Assembly (NCBI RefSeq): GCF_006345805.1
Contig: NC_043008.1
Span: 20,398,001-20,462,000, forward strand
DNA from: Octopus sinensis
Lineage: Eukaryota
DNA length: 64,000 nucleotides
Reading direction: 5' to 3'
In this document: positions 13,884 to 27,503 of the stretch, one piece after another
How the letters are laid out: every line of letters begins with the position of its first letter
Position numbering within the stretch: the stretch's first letter is position 1
Program-made: the position numbers and the translations under genes
The notes under the pieces: model-generated
The model's input: the letters and a program-made list of their open reading frames with translations, nothing else
Told to the model about the DNA's origin: nothing
The model's database searches: none

Positions 13884-14555
13884 AGGAATAACCACCAAGG
13901 TGGATTCCTAGCAATCTAGTAGAAATATATATATATACTCCCATACCCTAAATTCAAAATTAAAATTAGACTAATTAGTTAAGAAGATTATATGTAATAT
14001 CACAAATCTTCTTTTAACTACTAATGTTTGATTTCAAAATAGCCATTACGGTTCTCATCGTTATAACCTTATCACATTTCTTACAGAAAGCTAATCCTCG
14101 TCAGCTCTATAGATCCTAGATTTGTAAGTAATGTGTAGAAGTCTGTAAATAAGTAGATATTAATTCATTGAGCCATTTCGGCGTGTATACCGCAGAATAA
14201 GAACGTTATGGACACGGGCATATATATTCGTGATATTTTTTCTAATATAGTACGCTAATTACTCTTAAATATATGACTATATTATCAGATACGAACATAG
14301 CTATTTGAATTCCATACAGTCTCGATCGCACACACTGAATTTATGTTCAGCTGGGCAGATATTCACAACATCAGTGGGTGTTTTATTCAATGCTTCGCAT
14401 AACAGTGGTTATGAATTCTCATTCAGCCATGTGGCTAGCTGCGAGTTGAGCGATATGCGTCTGACGTTTTCTCTGGTGAATTTGTTTCTTCCTCCGATAT
14501 TTATGAAAATATATCGTGAACTGTTTCATGAGTAAAGTATATGCATTAAGTATAA

Positions 14556-14752
14556 CCAAGGTGCCATCCAGGACCATGTCGTTGGTAAGCAAGCAACTTA
14601 CCGCACAGCCACTCCTGCGCCTATACTCGAACAAATCGACCCCTATACTTATTCTTTGTAAGCCATCAGTCACTTTTACCGAACTGCTAAGTAACGGGGA
14701 TATAAACACAGTAACATCGGTTGTCAACCGATGGTGGAGGGACAAACACACA
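14556..14752 (-). mobile_element. Internally deleted SINE family A
   Basis: Head reverse complement (CAGCCACTCCTGCGCC) joined directly to the 3' body (TTATTCTTTGTAAGCC...GAACTGCTAAGT). Confidence 0.75.
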
Positions 14753-14907
14753 CACAAATAACACACACCACACACTCACACACACATACACATATATATA
14801 TATAGTAGGTACTGTAAATTTAGGGTGAATACGTGATAAGTGTAAGCACCTGTATACGCCAGCTAGTAGCAGAGGTGAGAGGGTTTATATATAATAAAAT
14901 CAAAAAC

Positions 14908-15098
14908 AGAACACAAAGGATGTCGCGGTACACGTGTTTCAAGCTTTATAAACGACCTATTATTACATCATTGTATAATAGATATACAATAAAGCTGAAG
15001 AGAGCTTTAAGCCATCTTTTACAGCTATTATACAATGATGTAATAATAGGTCGTTTATAAAGCTTGAAACACGTGTACCGCGACATCCTTTGTGTTCT
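14908..15098. repeat. Perfect 74-bp inverted repeat with 43-nt spacer
   Basis: 14908-14981 is the exact reverse complement of 15025-15098. Confidence 0.95.
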
Positions 15099-15667
15099 AT
15101 TTTTTATTGTATTTGGTATATATATATATATATATATATACGACGGACTTTTTTTAGTTTCCGTCTACCAAATCCACTCACGATGCTTTGATCCCGGAAC
15201 CATGTGGTTGCGAAGCAAGCTTCTTGCAACACAACCACGCTTACGCCTGCGCCTATTGTATAAATAAATTTCTCATTTCATTACAAAATAATCATTATTA
15301 ATGTTTGTGTTACATAATATTATTGATGAGTGAAAATAAATCCTATCAGAGGTGTTAAATGAAATAAATAGTATACTCTTTGTTGATTATCAAACTTGTA
15401 TAAAAATTTCATTCACACCGAAATATAAATTTCTTTTCTTCAGGTTGATCAAGACATTTGAAATAGTTATCATATGTACATAACAAATTTGGCGTGAAAA
15501 ATGGAAGACGAATAATCAGTACAGCTGTACTGATAATAGGAAAAATTAAGTTACCTGAGGAAATATAATTATATTATATATAAATAGTATTTATTTTATT
15601 AAGGTCAGACACTAGGTTAAGAACGATGTAATTTCGTAATGACTGTTTTAGAATATTCTTAATATCT

Positions 15668-15885
15668 AAGGCAGTATCGTTGTCAGAATCGTTAAGCACA
15701 CCGGACAAAATGCTTAACGGCATCTCATCCGTCTTTGGGCTCTGAGTCCAAATTCAGACAGGATCGACTTAGCTTTTTGTCCTTTCCGGGTATGTAAAAT
15801 TGGTTGATCACTGGGAGTCATGTAATCGACTTACGTTCTCCACCCCACCCCCGAATCTGCTGGCTTTGTGTCGGAATTTAAAAAC
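15668..15885 (+). mobile_element. Degenerate tRNA-derived SINE family D
   Basis: Matches the copies at 18336, 40245 and 46940 (CAGAATCGTTAGCAC...GAGTTCAAAT...GTCGAT...AAGTACCAG). Confidence 0.7.
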
Positions 15886-15899
15886 AGTGTTCTTTATAA

Positions 15900-16271
15900 C
15901 TTTTATGTGTTTCAGTCATTTACGACCATGCTGGAGCACTTCCTCGGAGAGTATTAGCCAATTTATTTTTTTTTATCCCTTATTAGTCGGGCCGCTAAGT
16001 TATGTGGTTGCAAACAAGCGAAAGTCTCTTGTCAAGCGAGGTGGTGAGGAAGATAATACTAAAACACAAAAACAGGCGCAAGCGTGGCTGTGTGGAAAGA
16101 CACTTGCTTCTTAATCACATGGTTCCGGTTTCAGTCCCATAGTATCGCACCTTGACGAAGTGTCTACTGTATCCTCGGGCCGACCAAAACCTTGTGAGTA
16201 GATTGGTATATGAAAATTGAAAGAAGCCTGTCGTATACACACTCACACACACATATATATATATATACATT

Positions 16272-16303
<32 letters not shown>

Positions 16304-16315
16304 ATATATAATATA

Positions 16316-16349
<34 letters not shown>

Positions 16350-16365
16350 CTGTGTATGTGTCTCT
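15900..16365. mobile_element. Two SINE family A fragments: 3' part on minus (15900-16045), head on plus (16075-16365)
   Basis: Shared family A motifs. Confidence 0.75.
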
Positions 16366-17469
16366 GTCTGTCACCCGCCACCACTTAACTGAACCCGAAA
16401 TCTCGCGACTGCCAAGGGGAAACACCTTCGTAGGGAATAATCCTGTATTTGAACTCAAGGAGAAAAACAGCCGTAGCTAAATGCTATGCAGCATTTTGTC
16501 TTCGTCATAACTAAAGCGCAACGAGGCAGTGTTTTTAAAGATTTAATGCTATTTCTACCTAACATATACAAGGTCTTTTTGCTTTTATTTTTGTCTTATT
16601 TGAAACTCTGAATGAAACATTGCGCTTCGTGATTGATCGCACATGAGTAGGTGGACGTTTGTTATAAGTACGTGTAAATACACGTTTGCGTGCACGCGAT
16701 GCATGTTCCTTCGTGCGCTTATTTTTATCATTTCCATTTATAATTCTTGTGGGTTTGTTTTATTTTTATTTTAAACTCACACTCTTGCGTAATACTATTG
16801 AAGCTTATTAAGAATATTCTGTGACTGTAATAACTACTTCGTAATTAGACACGACTCTTTGTGACTTTTATGAGATGGAAACTCATTCAGAAAAATACGC
16901 CTAGCTTCAGTCGTGGGCGTTTAAAAACAGTTGTTCCGAAAACAAACTATAACATCAGTAAAATGGAAAAATAAAAGCTTAGGATCTTACACCTCACATT
17001 GTCTTTGTAGTTTTCCCTTAAATATTGGAAGCAAATTATTTAAATCAATTATGTGATGGTAGCCTAATATTTCATTAAATATGGCAGTTTGTCGTTCCGT
17101 GTAATTTTAAGAAACTACTTCTTATGTTAATATCTTTTCTGATGAATTGGTCATAAAAATTTATTAATTACTCCAAAATTACTTTGATCAACGCAAAGGG
17201 AATTTATATATCAGTATCGTGTTCATATTAATAATTTCGTAATATAGCCACTTATATAAAACGACGCGAGCTGACAGAATCGTGAGTACGCTGGAGTGAA
17301 GACGGACTAACTTCTTAGCAGCATTTTGTCCGTCTTTATGTCATGGGTTCAAATTTCGCCGGGACCCAGTTATGTAAGAAGACCCGGTTATGTAAGAAGA
17401 AAACAATACTAATTTTTAGATAGTTTACTATATTAAAGTATCATGCTACATTATATCGTTTCCATTAAA

Positions 17470-17668
17470 GGCACAAGGTTTTAATTTTGTGGGGAGGGGA
17501 CTACTGAATTATATCGGCCCCAGTGTTTCGCTGGTACTTAATTCATCGACCCCGAAATTTTGAAAGGTAAAATCGAACACGGTGGAATTTGAACAGAGAA
17601 CGTGAAGATAAACGAAATACTGCTAAGCATTTCATGCGACGTGCTAATGTATCTGCCAGCTCGCCGCC
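17470..17668 (-). mobile_element. SINE family D
   Basis: GGTACTTAATTCATCGACCCCGAAA...GGAATTTGAAC...CTGCCAGCTCGCCGCC. Confidence 0.8.
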
Positions 17669-17761
17669 TCATCATCCTACATAATATGGAGTAGATAAGT
17701 TATATGTGCATTTTGTGAGAGTCAATGAGTATTATCGTTACTGATAACACTTCTTCCTAAT

Positions 17762-17806
<45 letters not shown>

Positions 17807-17810
17807 ATTA

Positions 17811-17875
<65 letters not shown>

Positions 17876-17889
17876 GCTTTTTGTATTTA

Positions 17890-18175
17890 CATTAGTATTA
17901 CTTTTTGTTTTTTGTATTTATATTCGTGTAACATCGTCGTTTTTCTGTCCTTGTTTCGTATACATTCGAGCTTTTTTTCCAAGAAATCTAATGCTCGTAG
18001 CTTAGTTTTTCCCTGGGCCGGCCAGATCGGACCAATCTCAAGATTAATCAGTCGAAATTGCGAGGAAGATCCGGTTCTTGACTGAAGATTAGAGGCTTTG
18101 AATGACCCGTCCGTTTATTTGTATCGTCTATTTGAATGTTTTGCGTTCTTGTCCCATTTTGTACTTTTATATATA
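17890..18175 (+). mobile_element. Dispersed repeat, probably a Penelope-like terminus
   Basis: Homologous to the minus-strand copies at 47721-47990 and 48575-48710 (CAAGATTAATCAG.CGAAATT...GATCCGGTTC..GACTGAAGA). The PLE assignment is inference. Confidence 0.5.
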
Positions 18176-18202
18176 TTTTTTATACACACACTCACACACA
18201 CT

Positions 18203-18790
<588 letters not shown>

Positions 18791-19494
18791 TTTGTAACCT
18801 TAATATAAAATTGGGAAAAAAAGTAGTATTTAAATTATTGTACCTATCTTAACATTACTTGGTATTACACTCTATCATAAAATTATATCCCATCCTACCA
18901 TTTGTTGTCAAGTCATAGACGACTCACAGCCTAGATTTATATGATTGTCAAAGGGTGTATGTTGAGTTTTTCTAATAGTTTGTTCTTTTATAAAACTAAA
19001 TCTGTGCCAACCTGATCAAGAATTTTGGAATTAATTATAATCCTTGTGTTGTATTGGAATTAGAAAGTTCGCGAACCTATGATCCAAGATATTTTTCTTT
19101 ACTTAACAGATGTTTATACAGCATAAATAATTCGGATTTCATAGATAATAGATTGTTTTATAGATTATTAAGCTAAATCGTTCCCGAGATGGTAATTACA
19201 TAGTTTGAATGAACGACAATTTTGTACATGCCGTTTCTCACAGAATAAATATTGTTTTCGTTATAAGAATGGTAGAATTACAAGAGTGATTACTTCGGAT
19301 TTTCTTGAAATCTCACACTAGTTGTTTTTATTCAATAATCAATAAAGCTTTCGTGGGATTTATATGTATCATATGATATCGCATGATAGCATATTTTGTA
19401 GTTTACTGTATATGGTAGTCAGTGGTAAAGAAAATATTCTTTGATAGTATAACGAGATAATGTAAGGAGACGGTGTTGTTGTTGTGATTATTAA

Positions 19495-19499
19495 TATTA

Positions 19500-19555
<56 letters not shown>

Positions 19556-19631
19556 GATATTATTATTATTATTATTAATATTATTTTTATTATTATTAAT
19601 ACTATTATTATTATTATTATTATTAATACTA

Positions 19632-19700
<69 letters not shown>
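19495..19700. repeat. (ATT)n/(TAA)n tract abutting the 3' end of a Dong/R4 element
   Basis: Seen directly. Confidence 0.95.
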
Positions 19701-20681
19701 GAGTGAGAGAGCAGTGCATGCCATCAAATTGACACTGGCGTACAAATATACGAAGCCCAATATAGCCATCATGACTACTCGTCTTATAAGAGTACACCAG
19801 ACCCATATATCACAAACAGGACTCCGACAATTATTGGTACTACTACCACCTTTTTCATCGAGCACAACTGTTTAACCTCCCAAGCTAACCTGTCATATCT
19901 ACCGACTTTTTTCTTCCTTATCGCATACCTTGTCAGCTGAGCATGCATAGTTTGCTTTCTTTTTCCATTAAGATTATGCCTGGCTTCCTATTCTCTATCT
20001 CATGGTTGCACTGACTCATAAAATCCCACAGAATCTTTGCATTATCATTTTCGATGATGCCTTCGGGTTTATGGTCGTACCAATTTTTTGCTCTGGCAAG
20101 TCCATACTTGTTGCAAAGTGTCCAATGGACAACTCTTGCTAAATATTATTGGCGTCTCTTATATTCTTTCTGGGCCAGTGACGTACATTCACTGGTAATG
20201 CGCCATACGGTTTCACCATTTTTTCCACAAATTCTGCACTTATCACTTTCTGATGTGTTGTCTATTCTGTATTTTATGTAATTTGTTCTTACTGCTTGTT
20301 CTTGAGTAGCAAAGATTAGAGTCTCTGCTTCTTGTTTTAAATCCCTTTTAGTGACCCACAGCCATGTCTGTCTTATCTTCAGTTCACTATGAAATTGTCC
20401 ATGCATTCTTTTCTTTACCCACCTATTTTCAGTTTCAATTCGTTTTCAATTTCTTCTATAGTGCTTTATCTTAGCAATCTTTCATCCTACACAAGCCTGC
20501 CCTACTTACTCTTAATAATAGGGGATCTTTGGCATTTTTAGATACCATGCAATGTTGTTTTCTTCTGCTCTAATTCTGTGTTCGCATCCAATAAGCCCTC
20601 TTCCCCCTCTTTTTCTTGGTACATACAGTCTGTCTGTGTCACTTTTTGTGTGGAACGTCCCATATCTAATTAGCAACTTCC
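19701..20681 (-). mobile_element. 5'-truncated, frameshifted Dong/R4-clade non-LTR retrotransposon (post-RT region, zinc knuckle, restriction-like endonuclease)
   Basis: Translates to DRLYVPRKRG, MHGQF, ETLIFATQEQAVRTNYIK, CRICG..ETVWRITSEC, ILWDF, RKPGII, KKVVVVPIIVG, all typical of the R4/Dong C-terminus. Confidence 0.85.
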
Positions 20682-20700
20682 TTTTATTATTATTATTATT

Positions 20701-20759
<59 letters not shown>

Positions 20760-20778
20760 TATTATTATTATTATTATT

Positions 20779-21201
20779 CTATTTTTGACTTTTGCTTTAC
20801 ATTTGCACAAGCTGGTTCCAAGTCTCACCCAGAGACCTCAAGAGTCGACAAGTTGGAAGTTCATGTTGGTGTTATGCCTAGGGTGCCATATATTTGTTGT
20901 ACTTAGTGTTGTACTAGTGAATGCCTAAAAAAACCACACGAAAATTATGCTTGTTTTAAAACTTGAGATTACAAAGAAAGTATTTTGCGTAGGATATGAG
21001 CAGTTCCCATGAGCACTATCTCTTGAATTTCTGCCATTTTGGGGTTTCCTGGTATCTGAGCTAGGTAGCAATCAGCCCCTTTTGCTATCATTCCCAGATC
21101 ACCTATAACAATAGGTAATGTGTTAGTCTTCAGGTTCCACATTTTGCTGATTTCTTTTTCCAGATCTTTATATTTGCTCAGTTTCTGGTAGGTCTTCACA
21201 G
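20779..21201 (-). mobile_element. Second, shorter Dong/R4-clade 3' fragment (endonuclease end plus 3' UTR)
   Basis: KLSKYKDLEKEISKMWNLKTNTLPIVIGDLG...IVLMGTAHILRKILSL*; bounded by (ATT)n/(CAT)n tracts. Confidence 0.85.
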
Positions 21202-21305
<104 letters not shown>

Positions 21306-22579
21306 ATACAAACGTTCTCTATGTATATGATTTTATTCGTCCATTTCCTCCGATGGTTAGGCATAGAGCCAGCCATTACTCCCAATGGATTATGACTAGG
21401 TAAAATGTTCCTTGTTAACCTAGTCCCATTGCTAATAGTTTTAGGTGCTTGTGCAGTCTTAAGGAAACACACGTCCTCTTTAGTTCACATCCTTGATTCA
21501 ATAGAACGTCTAGGAAGAAGAGAGGAGTCTGCACCAGCATACGGCAGGTGCTCATAACATCGGAATTGACTGGGGCGAAGTGAAATATCTCTCGCCTAAA
21601 GACACAACGTACTGTCGTATTCATAAATTGAAACCATGGTTTTATGTCCATCGATCGAATATCTACATGTACTAGGTCGCGTGTATTTAATTGTTAAGTA
21701 TCATGGAGAGAAACTATCGTCAATAAATATGTACGAGACCACACTTATCTCTGATTTGGTAGCCAATTGATGAAATCTCAGCAGATGATTGATATACATT
21801 TTATCGATCTGTGACAGACAAAGTACACGTTAAACTCTGGACGTGTAACATCTTGGGGAGGGGTCAAAGTCCAATGCACTAAGTCTCTTCCAAATTCTTC
21901 AAACGCTCCGCTTCTTTTCCCAATAATTAAATATTTCCTATATTTTCAAGATATGCGCTAGAACGACTAAAATCCTCATCAATCATAGATTTACCATTCC
22001 TGCGCTATTCAATTTGCAAGTTATTGAAAATGATATAATTTCTAAGAAAGTTTCTGTTTATATGTTATATTCTATATCAAAGTTTGAATCACTTCGGTAA
22101 CTGGAATGGTGACAATAGTCTTCAGCATAGAATATATTATTGGTCGTGTGTCATTGCTGTTAGATTATTAGATTACTAGTTTATGACTTGAATCTCCATG
22201 CCAACGTATTTCGGGTTATATCCGAGGAACAATACGTTGTGAGCATATTTAGTTCAACTGGTTCACATCCACAGAAAGCAACATTGCTGGCAACGTCAAA
22301 CGTATCAAATTTAATTTACATACATCTTGACATTTCATGCTCCCTCGCATAAAGCCGGTTGTTAAGTCAGGATAAGACAAAGTTTTTCAATTTTTTATTC
22401 ATTCTTATCGTATCCTTCCTACACAAATAGAATTTAAAATACCTTTTCTGAAAAACTAAAATCAAGAACATTATCTACCAAGAAAATACTGCTGAGCAAA
22501 AAATGCAGCGGTGTGACAAGACTTTTATACTGAGATTATTTTCATAATACAAATTATTTGAAGGTTTTGCTGATACTGA

Positions 22580-22891
22580 ATGGGTTTGCACCTAGAGAGT
22601 TACCCTCTGGAGGCACAAGTCTGGGCAAGGTTGTTTTTATGGAAGACCAGTAGTCGCCCATGCATACCGGCCTCCCCTCTCCACGCCACCAGTGTTATCC
22701 AAGGGAAAGACAAAGGTCGATACAGCTTGGCACCAGTGACGTCGCAACTCATTTCTACAGCTGAGTGAACTGGAGCAACGTGAAATAAAGTGCTTTGCTC
22801 AAGAACACAACACGCAGCCCGGTCCGGGATTCGAACTCACAACCTCACGATCGTAAGCTCGACGCTCTAACCACTGAGCCATGCGCCTCCA
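22580..22891 (-). mobile_element. SINE family B
   Basis: Closely similar to the 8632-8970 copy. Confidence 0.9.
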
Positions 22892-23489
22892 ATCGTATTT
22901 ATGGATAGTTGCTCTGTCTTCATATATTAATTGAATATAGATCGTTAGTGGCTGCCCGATTTGACAAGCTTTTCTAAAATATTCAAGAAATGTGGTAGTT
23001 CCTATTGTGTCACTGATTTCATGTGTTCAGTGAATTTAAAACACACAGAACTTTTATGGAATAAAATGCGGAGTGATCCTCACAGCTTACAGCTTTATAT
23101 AAACAATGCAAAACATTGATTTCCTTTTACATCAGAAAACAGAAAACTTTTACATAGAAATAACTTTGATTTCTGCATATTTATTCTGGTTTGTTCAAAA
23201 TAAAAAAGAGGGCAGGTAAGTTTGACTTTTGTGATAGGCGAAGGCAGAATCAAGGGCGAAATATATCAGTTACTATAAGCAAAATATCTAATATTCTACA
23301 ATTTTTGAAAGTCAATTGATGATGTTATCGTTCTCCATATCCTTAAAGTCAAATATTTCTACTGATATTGCCGTCATCATTTCTAATTCATAGAAGTACC
23401 AGAACTATATTAGAAAAGATTTCTTCAAGGTAGCAGAACTAGTGTGCATTATTTACATTATTAACCACTATGCCATATGCCCACAGGTA

Positions 23490-23568
23490 TATACAGCAGT
23501 GGTTAAGAACGCAGGCTAATAACCTAGAGATTCCGAGTTTGATTCCAGGCAGTGACCGGAATATCAAT

Positions 23569-23608
<40 letters not shown>

Positions 23609-23780
23609 TCGAAAAATACCTTATGAATGAGAACCCAGGTTTGAAATTTCCCCAATATATATGATGAAGGCTGGAGGGTATATCAGCCGAAACGTTGTGT
23701 TAACAACAAACAAGATGAGAACAAATATCTGTCAAATGTAAATAATATACGTAATTCCTCATCTCTTAAATATAGAATTT
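23490..23780 (+). mobile_element. tRNA-headed SINE with internal (AAT)n and a hammerhead-like 3' module
   Basis: A box-like CAGTGGTTAAG, B box-like GAGTTTGATTCC (23535-23546), (AAT)n, then ATGATGA-a-GGCTG/CAGCC-GAAACGTT. Confidence 0.6.
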
Positions 23781-24042
23781 AATACCAAAATAGTTGAAAA
23801 GTGTTCTTAACATCTTTACTGATTTTGTATGTTTTATCAATAACATTTCACTTGTGTAAGTCCTTGGTCTCGGCCCTAATGATTATTCTTAAAGATTGGC
23901 TTTTATTCTATCGATTGTTTGTGTCGAGCCGCTTAGTCCCGTGGACGTAAATAAACTAACAATGATTTTCAAGCTGTGGCTGAGGTGGGCAAATACCAAT
24001 AAAAAAAGAAACACAAACATACACACATGTGTGTATACATAG

Positions 24043-24096
<54 letters not shown>

Positions 24097-24118
24097 TATA
24101 TATATATATATATATATC

Positions 24119-24149
<31 letters not shown>

Positions 24150-25177
24150 GTATGTATATATATATATAGAGAGAGAGAGAAAGAGAGAGAAAGAGAGAGT
24201 TAGAGAGAGAGAGTAAGAGAACGAGAGAAACAGAGAGAGACATAGATATGCATATATATATATACTTACATATATGTATGTATGTGTGTGTGTCTGTGTG
24301 TGTATGCGTGCGTGTGTATAAAACACGTGCCCATGGGCTACGTATCAGCATGATATGTATTCTTCAACCAATCGTCCAAAGAACAATGTGGAGGTAAGGG
24401 TGACTTTCCTAATAATGCTTCGTGATTCAGATTTGATATGAGACATCCGCACATATTAGAAGATATTCCTCGAACGAAGTACGGTGAATGCTATATTTTC
24501 CCCTATTAAACTCCATTAGAAAATACAAAATAGCGTTTACAAGATTTTTCCCTTCACAACTGAAAACTTCCACATTTGCTGTAGCCGAAGGCATGGTAAA
24601 TATATACTAAGACAAAAAATATCTTGGAACGGCACTAGTTGCAGTGTCTTATTTTCAAATCACAAATTGCATTATTTTCTCCATCCTCAAAAAATTTTCC
24701 GTTACAACTACCTACATATCTGTTTCCTTGGAAATGGTTGAGTGTCAGTTTTATCCATTCTTCAATTCCTTCTCCTAAATATAGAGTACTTTCTTTTAAA
24801 GAAATCAAAGATATTCAGTCATGTTTGAAATATTTGTAGTGGTTCCGGTTTAGGAATCCTTCTTTGATTTAGATGACAGTAAAACTCTCGTAAGACTGTG
24901 AAGGAATCTATAGAACTATCTCCGAGGGAATTTCCCCATTGATTTACATATTTTTCACCTGTTACTTACCATATCGATTTGAACTTCCTTTATCAGACAG
25001 TGTTCGATATCAAATTTTCCTCTCTTTCTGTCTGTTTTCCATTTATACAAATACATGCATATGTACATAGATTCACACACACACACATACACACACGCAC
25101 AAGCGCATACACTAACACAGACATGCACACACACATATTTATATTATACATAAATATATTTGTGAATGTGTAGAAAT

Positions 25178-25269
<92 letters not shown>

Positions 25270-25276
<7 letters not shown>

Positions 25277-25511
25277 GTGTATGTATGTATGATGTATATA
25301 TGTAAGTGCTTGTGTGCCTGTGTTTGTTTCACCACCATCGCTTTGTCAACCGATATTGGTGTGGTTACGTTCCTGTAACTTTGCAGTTCGGCTACAGCGA
25401 CCGAGAGAATAAATATTAGGCTTTCAATGAATAAGTCCCAGCGTCTCTTTGTTCAACTAAACGCGAAGATCCAGCCTGGCCGCAGTCAAGTGACTGATAC
25501 AAGTAAAAGAG
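25270..25511 (+). mobile_element. 3' half of a SINE family A variant
   Basis: GGCCGCAGTCAAGTGACTGATACAAGTAAAAGAGT end. Confidence 0.75.
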
Positions 25512-25613
25512 TATGCGTGTGTGTATGTGTATTTACATATGTCCCTTTTCCTCTTTTCTCGTAGATTTGTGTTTGCGCTTACAATATATATATATATATA
25601 TTATATATATATA

Positions 25614-25742
<129 letters not shown>

Positions 25743-26447
25743 ATATACACCCACACGTATGTACGTATATATTTGAATGTGTCTCTTACAATTATATGTG
25801 CGTTGGTGGTCTTGTTTTTCTTTGATCCATTCTTCTTAAACATTTTCCTTCACTGGAAGAAAACCAAATTAATAATAGGTGTGGAATTTGATGATAAGTA
25901 AAACGTGGCAAGATATTAATTGAATTGAGGATGTGTTGAATATTTTGCGAAGCTGAGAAAAAAGAATAATCAAAAGTAGCACGCTTTATTGATCTGCGTA
26001 TATTTCATCTTCATATGTGGATTAGACGGAGTGATACCAGTTCGCTATGCCAAACCATAAATTCTTTTTACGTTACATATTGCGTCAAAAACGGAAACCA
26101 GATAATTTATAGCATATATACTTTATAACCTACATTTCCTTTATTCTTGATAATGGGGACGAGACAACACAATTTATAGATCAAAGTCGATCATTTGTAG
26201 TATTTAGAGTGAATTAGTAAGAGGCAGGAAAAACGTTGGCATATTTATATATGTTGTTCACAAGAGAATGTTGCGAGCGTAACAGTGGAAGACACAAACG
26301 AACCGATAGAGAAAGAAAGATATGTCACTCTATATCTAATGTAGAGCAAAAATAGATGATTGCGTTGGACTGAATGAAGTCGATTGAACTCGATATTCTG
26401 TTGTCCAAGATTGTGCTAACGTCGACTGAATAGGACAACCGCGTTGG

Positions 26448-26517
<70 letters not shown>

Positions 26518-26582
26518 ATATATATAGAAATATTAAAATTACTAAGTCTCTCTAAAAGAGAACAACGGCAGCGTTCCCGGAA

Positions 26583-26784
26583 ATAATAGTTATCGCCATA
26601 CTAATATGGCATTCTTATAAAAATAAGAATAAAGCTGTCCGCTTATTAGCTCCATGAGGCCATCGCGCTTAAGTTAGCTATTTGAATATCAAATAGCTAA
26701 CTTAAGGCGATGACCTCATGGAGCTAATAAGCGGACAGCTTTATTCTTATTTTTATAAGAATGCCATATTAGTATGGCGATAAC

Positions 26785-26790
<6 letters not shown>
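26583..26790. repeat. 208-bp near-perfect palindrome (foldback element)
   Basis: About 102-bp arms, 3-nt loop ATA at 26686-26688, one substitution and one 1-nt indel. Confidence 0.95.
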
Positions 26791-26835
<45 letters not shown>

Positions 26836-26916
26836 ACAGGTTTCTTCAAGTCATATATATATATATAAATATATATGAATGAATGGAGTTGAACGACGAA
26901 TTAACAAAATTCCTTT

Positions 26917-27001
26917 ATTTTCGACATATGTTTCGAAGGCTGCATATCCCTAATTGCGAAGGAATAAGGAGTATATTATGCCGCTTTCTCATCAGGAAAA
27001 T
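26917..27001 (-). ncRNA. Type I hammerhead ribozyme, intact core
   Basis: Stem I AUUUUC/GAAAAU (6 bp); CUGAUGA; stem II G10.1-C11.1 GAAAGCGGCAU/AUGCAGCCUUC (9 of 11 paired); GAAA; palindromic stem III ACAUAUGU; GUC triplet with predicted cut between 26923 and 26922. Confidence 0.8.
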
Positions 27002-27063
27002 CAAGGAACTTATGTCAACATCAAGATGCACAAAAAACTTTTAGATGACTGCTCATACGGAGC

Positions 27064-27103
<40 letters not shown>

Positions 27104-27106
<3 letters not shown>

Positions 27107-27267
27107 CGCAAGACTAGCTGTGTGCTAAGAAGCATGCTTAACAACCACATGGCTCTAGATTCAGACCCACTGCGTGGCACCTTGGGCAAGTGTGTTCTAC
27201 TATAGCCTCGGGCCGACCAAAGCGTTATGAGTGGATTTTGTAGACGGGAACTGAAAGAAGCCCGACG

Positions 27268-27311
<44 letters not shown>

Positions 27312-27503
27312 TACATATACATATACACACAAACATACATACATACATACATATATAATTACACGACGGGTTCTTTCAGTTTCCATCTATCAAACCCATT
27401 CACAATGCTGCAATAGCAGAGACTCACTCTAGTTTCGACGCTGCTGAACTGAATCCTGAGCCATGCGGTTGAGATGCAAGCTTCTCACCACAGCCACACC
27501 TGC
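27104..27503. mobile_element. Two convergent SINE family A heads (plus 27104-27268; minus 27365-27503) around a microsatellite
   Basis: Family A head motifs on opposite strands. Confidence 0.75.

Noticed and set aside
21410-21660. Possible Penelope endonuclease tail (HNIGIDWGEVKYL)
   Set aside because: Too short and interrupted to support.
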